Shown piece after piece: positions 39,656 to 52,294 of a DNA stretch of 64,000 bases; position 1 is the stretch's first letter, and every line of letters begins with the position of its first letter. Position numbers and translations under genes: made by a program. Source of the DNA: Octopus vulgaris (taxonomy: Eukaryota); the NCBI GenBank assembly GCA_951406725.2, contig OX597814.1, positions 74,958,001 to 75,022,000 of the forward strand, given 5' to 3'. The notes beneath the pieces were generated by a model. It saw only the letters and a program-made list of their open reading frames with translations, was not told the origin of the DNA and did not search any database.

Positions 39656-40945
39656 CTAGCAAAGGTACCCGGCATTACCCAGGAATAAAATTATTCCTTA
39701 TATATTGGAGGAAAAAAGCAAAATATATTGTATAGAAATTTGTTATTCTAAATTCAATTTATTTTTCAATTGGGAAATCAATTCTGAATTCATAATACAA
39801 AAAAATTAATAATAATAATAAAAAACAAAAATACAAAATTTACCACTTTTCTGAAGGGAGATAAATTCTATCATATATCCTTAAAATCCTTAAAAATGTT
39901 TTAGCTCGAAGGCCGCGGCCATATATGTTGAAGGAAATTACGTAAGAGCTTCCGGGTAAACAACATTCTTTGTTTTCTGGTTTGGAGCATTCACAAATAA
40001 GTTTTGCAAACTACCAACCTTGGAGCAATCAACATAAGGTTGACCATGAAAATAACAAGGCTCAACTAAGTGCAACCCAGTAGGTTTCAAAGTCTGACCT
40101 TGAGTTTTATAAATAGACATTGCGAAGCAAAGTTGCACTGGGAAATGTGTTCATTTGAACTCAAATGGCATGTCTGTTGGTTTGATTGGAATTCTTGGAA
40201 TGAAAACATCTCCCTCAAGGCACATCCAGTGATGATGGTAGCTTCTATCACATTAGGTGTTAATGTCGTCACAATCAACCTTGTTCCACTGCATAATATA
40301 GGAGGATCTAAATTTCTTAGAAGCATTATTAGGACTCCTACCTTCAGAAAAAGTTTATGTGGAGGAGTTCCAGGTGGCTCAAGGGAATTAAGGAACTCTG
40401 ATTTTCATCAAGGACTGAATCAACTGATTTGCACTTCTTAATGGCTGTTGGAATCTTATTCATTAATTCATGGTTAATCCTTGCTACTGTCTCATTTTTT
40501 GGAGCAAGAATTGCCCTTTCACACAACCATTTATGCGAATTAAAATTATTACTTAAGTCTGGCAATACCCTGTTCTTCAATTCAGCTGGGTAATTCACCA
40601 CAATAGCAATATGAGCAAAACTGATATCACCATTCCCATCAAATGGTAGTTTCCCATTTCCTAATTGGAGGAGCCAGGTTGAAAACTGCTCTGCACATCA
40701 GTCCCCCATGTAATAAAGCTTGCATGTTAGTATTGAAGGAGAATTTCTGTACTTTATTCCACAGGTGTGAAGACTTAATGCATGCTTTTATTTCCCTTGC
40801 CTCTTGTGACTCATTGGCCCTACATACAACAGCTCTCTTTCGGTCATTGTGCAGGGGTCTCCTGTGACCTTATTCTGGCTACCTGTACTCATCTTTGCTT
40901 CACTGTAGAATACCGATTATCTATATCTCCCCTGTCTCCTCTTGT
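39656..40945 (-). mobile_element. Internally deleted Helitron with Pif1-like helicase remnants
   Basis: [62 protein letters not shown]; 3' hairpin CCTGGGTAATGCCGGG plus CTAG|T at 39656; 5' boundary uncertain. Confidence 0.88.
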
Positions 40946-41404
40946 AGAGAGTGAGAACATTTTTCTAAGAACTTTTTCGTAAATGAAAATGGGGATTAAA
41001 TGAAAAGACTGAGTGAAAGTTACATGAATATCTTCACATGAGTGGTTGAAATAAATGGCAATAGTGGAACGCTGCATGCACACACACACACACATACGTA
41101 TGGTATCAAACATCAGTGTCTCTTTCTCACCTGCTTTTCCCCTCTCTTTGTGCTACCTTTTTTCTTTCACCTTCACCTATAAAACATACATACAGTATCA
41201 AACATCAGCATCTCTCTATCTCCTGCTATCCTTCTCTTGTTCAACTTCTCTTATAGAAACTTGTTTTCTCTTTGTTTCTTTCTCTCTTCTCTGTATTTTT
41301 CTCATTCTGTGTTTCTCTCACTCACATATTTTCTCTCACCCTCTATAATAGTTACTCTCTTCTAGTCTATGTCTGTTTCTTTCACTCTCTCTCTCTCTCT
41401 CCTT

Positions 41405-41785
41405 CTAAGAACTTGCTTCCCAACCACATGGTTCTGGATTCTGTCTCACTGAATGGCACCTTGGGCAAGTGTCTTCATCTATAGCCTCAAGCTGATCAAA
41501 GCCTTGTGGGTGGAAACTGAAATAAGCTCGTCATATATATGTATATATTATATATATATATCTAAGTGTGTGTGTCTGTGTGTTTACCCTCCCCACTGCC
41601 CACTTCACAATCAGTGTTGGTGTGTTTATGTCCCTGTTACTTAGCAATTCAGCAAAAGAGACCAATAGAATAAGTACCAGACTTTAAAAAAATAAGTACT
41701 GTGGTCGATACATTTGACCAAAAATTCTTCAAAGCAGTGGCCCAACATGTCCATAATCTAATGACAGAAACCAGTAAAAGATATA
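41405..41785 (+). mobile_element. CORE-type tRNA SINE, near complete
   Basis: CTTGCTTCCCAACCACATGGTT..GGCACCTTGGGCAAGTGTCTT, TA/TG tract, then the 3' part as at 30-255. Confidence 0.8.
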
Positions 41786-42584
41786 TATGTGTGTGGGTGT
41801 GTATGAGAAAATATTAATAAAAAGCAGAAATTATGCTTTTTCTGTTACATAGCAGTTAATTAATTCAATCAAACCATTTCAAAATGCAATAATATATGCT
41901 GAAAAAGAGATTATCACTATTAAATTATTTTAAAATACATTATTACATATTCCAAAATACCATATTGTATACGAAATACATTACTACAATTAAATCATTT
42001 TAAGATTACATATTCCAAAGTACATTTTCACATTCAAATCATTTCAAAATACATCATTAAACACGCCAATGAATATAATTACAAAAATACATAAATATTC
42101 CAAAGCACATAATTACAAACTAGTTTCACTTCTTATAGATGATTTGCATTGCAATATACATATGTAGTGGCTTGCTGGTACCCTTCATTTAATATATAGT
42201 GTGTCTGCTGCAAGTAGTCTTGTTATAGACTCTCTGGGTAAGAGAAGTAATATTATATACATTTGTAGATCTAAGTTAAGTGGTGGTGTGAAATTTTATA
42301 CTTTTAACTATTCAGAAATATGTGGGGAAATATATTTTATAATTATTGATAAATGAACTGAAAATAAGTATCAGTAATTGGTTAACAACTTAAACAATAA
42401 AAAGTTGCGCGTTTTCTTCTTTTTATTATTTTTCTATATCTTCTGGATCGCGTAGGATATTTTAAACATATCATTAGTTCCTGTCAAGCCATCTAAATCA
42501 TGTCAGCATGGAAAACAGACATTAAATGTTGTTGCTGTTGTTGATGATGATGATGATGACAACGACGATGATGATGGTGAGTGA

Positions 42585-42637
<53 letters not shown>

Positions 42638-43357
42638 TTGGTGTTATCTCTGCCATCCAGATTTCCTAGTCGTTTAACAATAAACTAAACTAGCTGTTAG
42701 TACCTATACACAGTGATTTGGAGACAGTCCTTTAAGAATTACACATCATGGCCATTAAGACAATATACAGCACTGATGCTGAGATGTGAGCCTTCAATTC
42801 AGTAGTCTGACAGTCCAAAGATACAACTAACAGCAATGGAATTTGCAGATATGAAAATGTATTTAGTAAAATTGTTAACGTATTTCAATTATATAGTGCA
42901 GTTAGAGGAAAGATATAATCAATGAAATACAATATTACAATATTCAACACAATAGATCATGAGAACCATTTAAAAGATGATTGTAAAAGGGAAAGTATCT
43001 CACACCGCGTATATTTAATGGAAAAAGGGAGGGCTTCTTTTTTTATGGAAGATTCACTGAAATACAAGAGGGTAACAACAACAACAGTGGCAACAACAAG
43101 TTGATAAATAAAATGCATACACAATTTAAGAGCAAAAATGTTTGTTTGAAAAATATTAATAGAAAGGTGAATATGACCAAATCAATAATTGAGATTATAA
43201 ATTAAAATGGCAAAGAGTAATCTTATTTCTTGGAATATCGAAATACTAAGAATACTTATTAAACACCTCATATTCAGTTTGTGGCAAATGATTTAGGCAT
43301 CGAACAATTTATCACAAATTATTACAAGACTATCTACATTCCATATATGTGTGTGTG

Positions 43358-43691
43358 TAGGCATACCTCAGCTTACGTCAGCAATTGGTTCCAAAACATG
43401 CGACTTAATTTCAAAAACAATGTAACATGAAATAACATTTATAAAATTTATTAGCTTATATGTTTTAATAAACAGTTTGTATATATTTTCACATGTATTT
43501 CAATTGATTTTCCATTTCAAGTAATGGTTTTAGATGATTTGTTCTTTTTTAATTTTTATATTTTTAAATATGTTCGGTGGGACTGATGTAAAATTGATTG
43601 AATTTGAAGTTTATTTTTTACATTAATTTCTTTAAAAAAAACGTAGTCAAAAATGATGTAACCTGAAGCAGCAGAAGTTGAGGTATGCCTT
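43358..43691. mobile_element. Tigger/pogo-like MITE
   Basis: TIRs AGGCATACCTCAGCTT / AAGTTGAGGTATGCCT with TA-like flanks. Confidence 0.65.
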
Positions 43692-44468
43692 TATGTGCAT
43701 GTGTGTGTGTATAACATGAAGAATTCTGATAGGAATGATTGTGTATGCAACAAATACATTCTCACAATATTGAACAACTCTTAGGTAATCCACAAGTTAC
43801 TCATACCAACATTGGAGCCACTTCATGGTAGCTCTATCTGCTATAAGTATCAGGCACACCATTTTCAAATTACACCATTTTGTCTTAAAAAATAAAGAAT
43901 GGCACATTTGATATATGATGTTTGCAATAACAATAATAATCCTTTCTAATTTAGACACCATAATAATAATGATTTCAATTTTTGACACAAGGCCAGCAAT
44001 TTTGGGGGAGAGGATAAGTCAATTACATTTCCCACAGCCAGGGCCAGCTTTAGAAGGTGCAGGGCCCGATTGGGAGCAATTTTGGTGGGCCTCAGGTTTC
44101 CAGTGAACTTGCACCAAGGTCTATAGAATCATAAGAATCCAGCCATTGAAACTATGCTACCATGCAGTGCCACATAAAAGCACTCAGTCCATGCTGTAAA
44201 GTGGTGGTGTTAGGAAGGACATCCAGCCGTTAAAATCATGCTCCCATGCTGTTCCACATAAAAACACTCAGTCCACACAGTAAAGTGATAACGTTAGGAA
44301 GAGCATCCAGCCACAAAAAAACACGCCAAACCAGGCGGGTGCCAGATGTAGCTCCTAGTTTGTTGGCCCCTGTCAAACCGTCCAACCCATGCCAGCATGG
44401 AAAATGGATGTTAAATAATGATGATGATGATGATATGCATATATATACATACACATATTATGTGTATA

Positions 44469-45230
44469 GGATCTTTTCCTTTTGAACGGCACTTTGTAAC
44501 ATAATCTCTAGGTAACTAAATAGTTTTAAACTTCGTATACTGGTAGAATGTATTTATAAAACGTCATTTTCTCTTGGCTTTATTGAGAAAATTCTATAGT
44601 TTGTAAGATATTTCGTCTGAAATTTCGAGCATTTCGGCAATTTTAACCAATCGATTACCTCCATTTAGGTAAATAACATTCTGTGCATAATGAATATGTC
44701 CCTCGTTTAAGAAACCCCTAACCCTAACTAACCCTAAATCTAAAATAGATTGAAATGCAATAGATCGATACTAGGGCCAGAATTATGGGTGACATTTTCA
44801 TTTGACACCACTAGAAAAAAATCCCATTTTCCGTAGCGGTGTCGTATGAAATTGTCACCCATAATTATAACCCCAGTATCGATCTATTGCATTTCAATCT
44901 ATTTTAGATTTAGGGTGAGTTAGGGTTAGAGTTAGGGGAAGGGTATCTTTTTTCTTCACAAATGTAAATAAACCCAATCTGTTTCTTAAATGAGGGACAT
45001 ATTCATACAGCACGGAATGTTGTTTACGTCAATGGAGGTAATCGATTGGTTAAAATTGCCGATGAAATGCTCGAAATTTCAGACGAAATATCTTACAAAC
45101 TATAGAATTTTCTCAATAAAGCCAAGAGAAAATGATGTTTTATAAACACATTCTACCAGTATACGAAGTTTAAAACTTTTTAGTTACCTAAAAATTATGT
45201 TACAAGGTGCCGTTCAAAAGGAAAAGATCC
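44469..45230. mobile_element. Foldback (fully palindromic) non-autonomous DNA transposon with 8-bp TSD
   Basis: Termini GGATCTTTTCCTTTTGAACGGCAC / GTGCCGTTCAAAAGGAAAAGATCC; arms pair inward to a ~20-nt loop at ~44815-44835; TGTGTATA at 44461-44468 and 45231-45238. Confidence 0.9.
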
Positions 45231-45429
45231 TGTGTATATATATATATTTGGTTTGCAAGATTCTTTATGTGAGTTTGTGTGTTGAAGCATATTCTGTTGT
45301 GTCTGGGGAGAGTAATTTTCTTTTTGTGTCTTATAATTTAACACACTCACCAGTAAAATTTCCACTTATTTCACTCCTTGAGTAGCCGAAGCACCAGTTT
45401 GACAGGAATATCTATCCTAAGATGTGTAA

Positions 45430-46760
45430 TTAACACATAAAGCATGACAGGCCACGATTGTGGTCGTCAGGTACAGGTCACGATCATGGCCCAGATAGAT
45501 GCATTTAATTTATGGGTGTTTGTTGGGGTCTAATGTCACTCAAACACTCCGACACACCCCAAAATGCAAGAAAACTAATCAGAGCATATGTTTCAAACAA
45601 TAATTTAGTCACTTCATTATTTTATCAATTGAAGAAAGCACCTGGTTGGTCAAAGGGAAAGTCTTAATGGAGAATCGATTTGAACATGATACCATCGGTT
45701 TGGTCATTTAAATTTCACTTCTAGGTCTTTAATCAACCGATAGTTGAGGTTTTATGAATGCGGTGAAATCTAAATATTAATTTTACATGAAATGATAAGT
45801 AATAACATATTTTTGGATGTTTTTTGTAATTCTGAATGTACAAACACACATGGTAATTTCCGAAGAGATTCGAATTTGCATGTTGTCATCATTAGCGTGC
45901 GTGTGGCAGTGGTTTGCGTGGGTAAATATACAGTGTGTTTTCAAGCGCATGCAGATTAAGCATCTGTCATGAGTTTATATTCTGTGATGTGCTTGCTTCT
46001 ATGATCTCCAAAGCCCGATATCTTCAGCTTATTTTGCATTTGAGTGATACTATGGATCCTGACATTGACTCTGACAGTGATTATGGCAACAAAAGCGCTG
46101 TTTCAGACGTGTATATGCCGTCAGAGATTGACATTTGGTGAATTCTGACATAGAAAATAGCGATGATGGAGGTGAATTACGTGAACACGACAATGAGAAC
46201 AGTAGTAGCGATGAAGGTGAAGGGCAAGGTGTCGGTCCCTGGTTGGGGATTGTTAATCACGATGTTGACGAGGCCCCTGTCAACCATTGCTTCAGAGGAC
46301 AAAACACAGTGCTAGCTGATGCTTCTCCGCAAACTCGCCCACTTGACTTCTTTCGACTTTTTAACAGTCGAATTTCTGGAGACTCTCACTGATTGACTTC
46401 ATGAAAAAGACAACGGACAAGATGGTGGAGCAACACTAATTTCGAGGCCAGAGTGATGGGCTTTCGCCACGGAGCGGGTTCAGACAGTGGCCAAAGCTGT
46501 CCTCTCAGCTGACAATAACCTTGATCCTGACCTTTTTTGGACTATTTTTGAACATGGGTCTCATTCAGAAGTCAAACCTGAATGATTATTGGAACATCAA
46601 GGACTGGAGCCAGCGAACTCCAGCTTTCCCAGAGACAATGTCAAGGGACAAGTTCATGTTACTTTTGAAGCTCCTGCAGTTCTATGATGTGGATGATGAC
46701 AATAATCCAGGGGACTCAGGGAGGAAGATGCGTCTTATACTTTCTCACTGAGCAAGAAAA
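45430..46760 (+). mobile_element. piggyBac (PGBD4-like) transposon, 5' fragment
   Basis: Acidic N-terminus MDPDIDSDSD..., PLDFFRLF, FFGLFLNMGLIQK.NLNDYW....TPAFPETMSRDKF.LLLK.LQF; TTAA at 45430. Confidence 0.8.
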
Positions 46761-47149
46761 AAATTGGTAATGAGAAGTGTGACATATACAACATAAAATA
46801 TTTGTATAAAAAAGTATGGAAGATATAAACTTAAACTTTTTAGAACATAATCCTCATACTATTTCTATTATCCCCTGAAGAAATGAAGAGAAATGATAAT
46901 ACCACCACAAAGTTAACACAAGAAAAACACTCTCCACAGACATGGGAGTCAACAACAGTGCCCCTCTTTTGTTGCAGTAGTCGGGTATCAAATTGCAACA
47001 CATGACCTTGAATGACTGTCAAGAGAAAGTTCAACTAATGACTTTTCCGATGATGTAAAACTTACCACCATTATATATTAAGAAGATATTTTAACTTTTT
47101 TTTTTTATGTGTGCATAGTAGTCTCATTTTCATAAAATGTGCTCAGCAG

Positions 47150-47607
47150 TCCGTGCTATGTAAGTGCAAATCAAAGCGCTTTATGGGTTTTAAACATTTT
47201 GTGTAATATATTTGTTAAACAATAAAAGTGCTATTTAGTTTGTTTATTTTATTATTGTCTTTAATGGCAAAATTGATAATTTTTGGTAGAAAGTGAATTC
47301 CTGTTAAATGAAAAACTTGACGTGATAGAATATTTCTGATGGAATTTCTGAACCCAATACCATAAAATTAGGTAAGACTAATTGTAAAAAGCAAGACAAT
47401 TAAAAATATTTTCGAAAATGTTCCCCAGTATTATCAATAAAATAATAAAAGCAGGTGATCAGCCCTATTACTTACGGACAAACAAAACAATAAGCTGTAG
47501 AAAATTGACGTGATAGAAGAAAACTAACTGTAGTTTGGAAATCAGCATGTCAATTTTAGCCTAAATCAAGTGAAAAAGCAATAATGCTCAAAATTTTACC
47601 CCTGTGT
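47150..47607 (+). mobile_element. Chapaev3-like terminal fragment
   Basis: Two subterminal repeats TTGACGTGATAGAA.., AATCAGCA motif shared with 8810, terminus CTGTG|TAA like 8879. Confidence 0.45.
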
Positions 47608-48189
47608 AATAGTTAATTGATTGAAAAGTAAACTGTGTGTTCCGATGTAGGAATTACATGTGCTCCAGGCGAGACTTTAGGTTTATACATCCGATTGCAT
47701 TCTGTAAGATTCATCTGTTTGTCCACCATTCTGTCTACAAACAAGCTTTTCTGCACCTATTGATCTATCCATTCATGTATGATAAGTATTTGCATGCTGT
47801 ACTAAGTATGATTTGCATTAATGTGACAGAAAGTAGCACAATCTTTATAAAAACTGCGTTACTTTCTGACTCATCCTCGTATTAGATAACTCACTAGAAT
47901 GCAAGAGCACAGCAATATAACATTGTAATACAATAAACTTTCATCATCCTCCATTCTTTGTCTTCGTGATCTGACTTGGCCTCATTATCAAATTCATTGG
48001 CACTGGAGCCGTTAATATGTTCTATAAATTACGATTCTAAGAAGTAGCAAATAGCAGTCATTACAAAATAAAGGTCGCCAAAAATTATTTGTTTTCCCTT
48101 CGCTGCATCAAACATTTCCATACATTAATTTAAATTTAGTAAAATTATGACAAACTTACAGATTTGATCTGTGTTCATTGTTGGTTGTA

Positions 48190-48956
48190 GAATCTTTTCC
48201 TTTTGAACGGCAGACAATTTCTAGTTAACTAAACACTTTAAAACTTCGTATACTGGTAGAATGTGTCAAAATAAAAACATTTTTTTCTCTTGGCTTTCTT
48301 GAGAGAATTGTAATTTGTTTGTTTAACATAGTTTAATTTTTCGAATTTTAACCAATCCTATGCTCTCTTTTGAGCTAAAATCATTTGCTGCGTCTAAAAC
48401 TGAGACAACTACCCCTCAACCTAACCCTAACCCTAATTTTTTTCTTAATTGTTAAATTAATTTAATTGTTACGCGTGTAAAAAAACCCGAAAGCAATGAA
48501 AAATGATTTAAACAATCAACAAACAAAATAATTCTATAACTTTATACATACGCTTTCCGTATACGTACGGAAAGCGTGTGTATAAAATTATAGAATTATT
48601 TTGTTTGTTAATTGTTTAAATCATTTTTCATTGCTTTCGGTTTTTTTACACGCGTAACAATTAAATTAATTTAACAATTAAGAAAAAAATTAGGGTTGGG
48701 GGAGGTTTAGGGTTAGTTACAGGATGTTGTCTCAGTTTTAGACGCAGCAAATGATTTTAGTTGAATGGAGGTAATTGGTTAAAATTGCCGAAATGCTCGG
48801 ATTTTCAGACGAAATATCTTACAAAGTATAGAATTTTCTCAATAAAGCCAAGAAAAAATGATGTTTTATAAACACATTCTACCAGTATACGAAGTTTAAA
48901 AGTGTTTAGTTAACTAGAAATTGTGTTGACATCTGCCGTTCAAAAGGAAAAGATCC
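48190..48956. mobile_element. Second foldback element, same terminal family, different core
   Basis: GAATCTTTTCCTTTTGAACGGCAGA / TCTGCCGTTCAAAAGGAAAAGATCC; centre ACGCTTTCCGTA-TACG-TACGGAAAGCGT; no clean TSD. Confidence 0.85.
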
Positions 48957-49993
48957 GTCGTATGTAAGATTAAATTCAGAAAAAATCCTCATGCCGAGTG
49001 CGACAGTAACTTTGAATATTTAAACATTAGGTACAGAGTATAACTGGAAATATTCAATAGCATCCTTAGAAAAATTCTTTGTTACAATTTTTCCTGCACT
49101 GGCTTTCAACCCATCTGTCAATTCTAATGCATTAATGCTCGCTGTATTCTGAAACGGAAGCTAGTTTCCAAGCACCTTGCATGGTTCAAACGTGGTTGAA
49201 TTTAACAATATCATACATAGAGTATTTTCTTTTCGGTATGTGCGTAAGAGACTGAGTGTTTTAGTTTTAAGAGTTTGAAATTTCACTATACCTAGAATTC
49301 TGTTGCATTCCTTCCGAATCAGACGAATTTTCAGGAAAATGCAGGTTACACTGGGAAAAAAATTTTTTCAGAATAAGGCGAACGTTCCACAAGTAAGCGA
49401 TTTGACTAGCTGAAAACAGCCAATAAAAAACAAAAGTCTTGTACTTTTTTTGTCGGAGTTACGCTCATGCAGCCGGTTAAGCTAACAGAAAATATTCTGC
49501 ATCAAAATCTAATATGACATGACCGAGAAATATTTTTAAAAAAAAGAGTGCATTAAAATCAAAGTTGTTTTAGCAACTGAACCAAAGTACAGTAATTGCT
49601 TGTATGCAAATCGTTCATATGTGTATGAGTGTGTATCTGTGTGTTTGTGTGTGTGTGTGAAAGAGAGAGAGAGAGAAATAGCTATACCATGCAATATACA
49701 TCCTTGATTTATTAAATTATTTCCGTCACAATTACCAATGGCAATAATGACCCGCTCTATATGAGGAGGAGAAATAATCACTTGAATGATGACTGAAATT
49801 GACATGCTATTAAGGAAAAGGACACTTATTGCCTGGAGATGACATTAAGAGTTTCTGCCTCAATAGGTCTCATAGGCACGACAATTGTCGAACCTTATCA
49901 CCAGTTGCCAAGGGACTTAGGCATATACAAAAAGTGTATTGCACGTTATGCTCTACGTAATTAGCATATATATATATATATATATATATAATC

Positions 49994-50044
49994 AGCTTCC
50001 TGATGATTTCTTTTGAATGAAACAGTTCTAGTCCTGTAGAAGCT
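49994..50044 (+). ncRNA. Minimal type I hammerhead ribozyme flanked by (TA)n
   Basis: Stem I AGCTTC/GAAGCT, core CTGATGA (50000), short stem II TTC/GAA, GAAA (50019), stem III CAG/CTG, GUA triplet (predicted cut after 50038). Confidence 0.72.
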
Positions 50045-50063
50045 CCTTCTATAAAATAAATAA

Positions 50064-50094
<31 letters not shown>

Positions 50095-50138
50095 GGAATA
50101 AAAAATGGAGTTAACGCAGGTTTAAACAAGTATATTTT

Positions 50139-50223
50139 CTTTCTACATATGTTTCAAAAATTCCACTGATACTTATTCAAAAGAATAAAAGGTATAAACA
50201 ATGCAATCTTCTCTTCGGGAAAG
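50139..50223 (-). ncRNA. Hammerhead ribozyme (inverted PLE copy)
   Basis: Reverse complement of the motif at 51961-52045. Confidence 0.68.
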
Positions 50224-50425
50224 GGAAAAAAACGAAACTTGTCAATACGACATTTTAGCAAAAAATGATGGATTCGTATAGCGATAGACAGAACGCTATT
50301 AATATTGTTTAAAAAAACGTTATATGATATAACGTCATAAGTAGCTAACAGAAAGAGTAGGGATATTAATAGTGAATGTTAAATATAAAGGAAATTAAAG
50401 TCTAAACTATATATAATGATAGAGA

Positions 50426-51459
50426 CTACTTATATGCACTAAAAGTATGTTTTTGCCAATGCTTACATCTGTATGCTCGTTCTATAACCGTGTTTACTAG
50501 AGTATTTTTAGAAAAAATAATGAAAAATAGCTCAGAATTGCAGAGAAGACAGAATTTCTTGCCTTTGTCATATGGTATCGAAATTGAGAGGATCAACCAT
50601 TCCAAATGAAATTGTTCATTGTGGTCTTTTAAATTCCAAATCAGTTTGCTGAGACCGGTACTATTCCGTTTATTTCTATCCCTAAATGTTGAGTAATGGA
50701 TAGAAATTCTCTTAGATAACTCTAACGATGTGCTTCCAATGTAAAATTGTACTTTATTACGAGTACTGATTATACACTGGTATATAGAATTTTTAATCTT
50801 AGAGTTACTTGACATAAATTTAATTCTATTGGGATTGACTTCAGATACAATAACCTTGTTATTAATATTTCTAGAGGGTTGGATGGTAGTAGCTAAATTA
50901 ATGTTAGTATTAGTAAATGTATTAATATTTAACAGTTTTTTAAGCCATTCTACTGAAAAAATTAACTAAACTGTTCTTAACTTTTTGTACCTTTTGGTTA
51001 GAAACATTTTGGAGGTAAAGTAAACAATCATCACGATATAGACCTCCATAAATGTTAGGGAACTCTTCAGCCATTTCAAAAAGAATATATATACAGACCA
51101 AATCAGAACTTCCCATAGGTATATCGAAACTATCTGGTGTGTCTTTACGGACCCACAACTTATCATCAAATTTAATAATAGATCTTCTGGCTGCCAACAC
51201 AACATTAATTTCTTCTTGGGTGAGACCAGCTTTGTTATGAGCAAGCCAAAGTGCCTTATTAAGTACTATTGGATTAATAGACGAATAAAAATTGGAAATA
51301 TCAAACTGGATAAACTTCGTACTCACCTTACTGTTAATAGACCTAAACCAGTCAACTACGTCAAATGAATTAGTCCATAAACTAAGTTTTAATGTTTTGA
51401 TTAGATTAGGAATATATTTATCTAGTATATTTTTACTAAGGATACCGATGTCAGAGCTA
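50426..51459 (-). pseudogene. Inverted, internally deleted copy of the PLE ORF (RT core fragment joined to EN)
   Basis: ORFs 50940-51326 and 50426-50815 are near-identical to parts of the 775-aa protein; 18-bp and ~650-bp deletions. Confidence 0.92.
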
Positions 51460-51960
51460 AGAGAATTATCTAAGAGAATTTCTATCCATTACTCAACATT
51501 TAGGGATAGAAATAAACGGAATAGTACCGGTCTCAGCAAACTGATTTGGAATTTAAAAGACCACAATGAACAATTTCATTTGGAATGGTTGATCCTCTCA
51601 ATTTCGATACCATATGACAAAGGCAAGAAATTCTGTCTTCTCTGCAATTCTGAGCTATTTTTCATTATTTTTTCTAAAAATACTCTAGTAAACACGGTTA
51701 TAGAACGAGCATACAGATGTAAGCATTGGCAAAAACATACTTTTAGTGCATATAAGTAGTCTCTATCATTATATATAGTTTAGACTTTAATTTCCTTTAT
51801 ATTTAACATTCACTATTAATATCCCTACTCTTTCTGTTAGCTACTTATGACGTTATATCATATAACGTTTTTTTAAACAATATTAATAGCGTTCTGTCTA
51901 TTGCTATACGAATCCATCATTTTTTGCTAAAATGTCGTATTGACAAGTTTCGTCTTTTCC

Positions 51961-52045
51961 CTTTCCCGAAGAGAAGATTGCATTGTTTATACCTTTTATT
52001 CTTTTGAATAAGTATCAGTGGAATTTTTGAAACATATGTAGAAAG
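51961..52045 (+). ncRNA. Hammerhead ribozyme in the upstream pseudo-LTR
   Basis: CTTTC-CCGAAGA-stem II (GAAGATTGCATTG/CAGTGGAATTTTT)-GAAA-CATATG-TA-GAAAG. Confidence 0.68.
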
Positions 52046-52294
52046 AAAAAATACTTGTTTAAACCTGCGTTAACTCCATTTTTTATTCCTATTATTCAAA
52101 TATTCAACGTAAACACGAAGTTTCAACCTTTATAAACAAGGAGTTACAACATCTTTACTTGTGAGATTTTTGCTGTCCTGGTAACTATTCATTCATTTAT
52201 CCGTGTTAAATGTTAACAAGGTAAAATACACTCATCTATTTATAATACTTTAATCAGGTTTATTAATAACCTGCTAACTGAATAGTTACAGCAT

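Noticed and set aside
44716-44938. TTAGGG/CCCTAA runs as a telomere fusion site
   Set aside because: Short, imperfect, and internal to a TSD-flanked repeat that recurs in the window.
47620-49480. Possible second piggyBac-like element (minus strand) hosting the foldback insertion
   Set aside because: Only an acidic patch and a CCGG|TTAA end; no diagnostic transposase motif readable.
51292-51759. 155-aa ORF that looks like a novel membrane-anchored GIY-YIG protein
   Set aside because: Chance fusion across the inversion junction: antisense RT sequence joined to the EN C-terminus, missing the GIY and YIG motifs.
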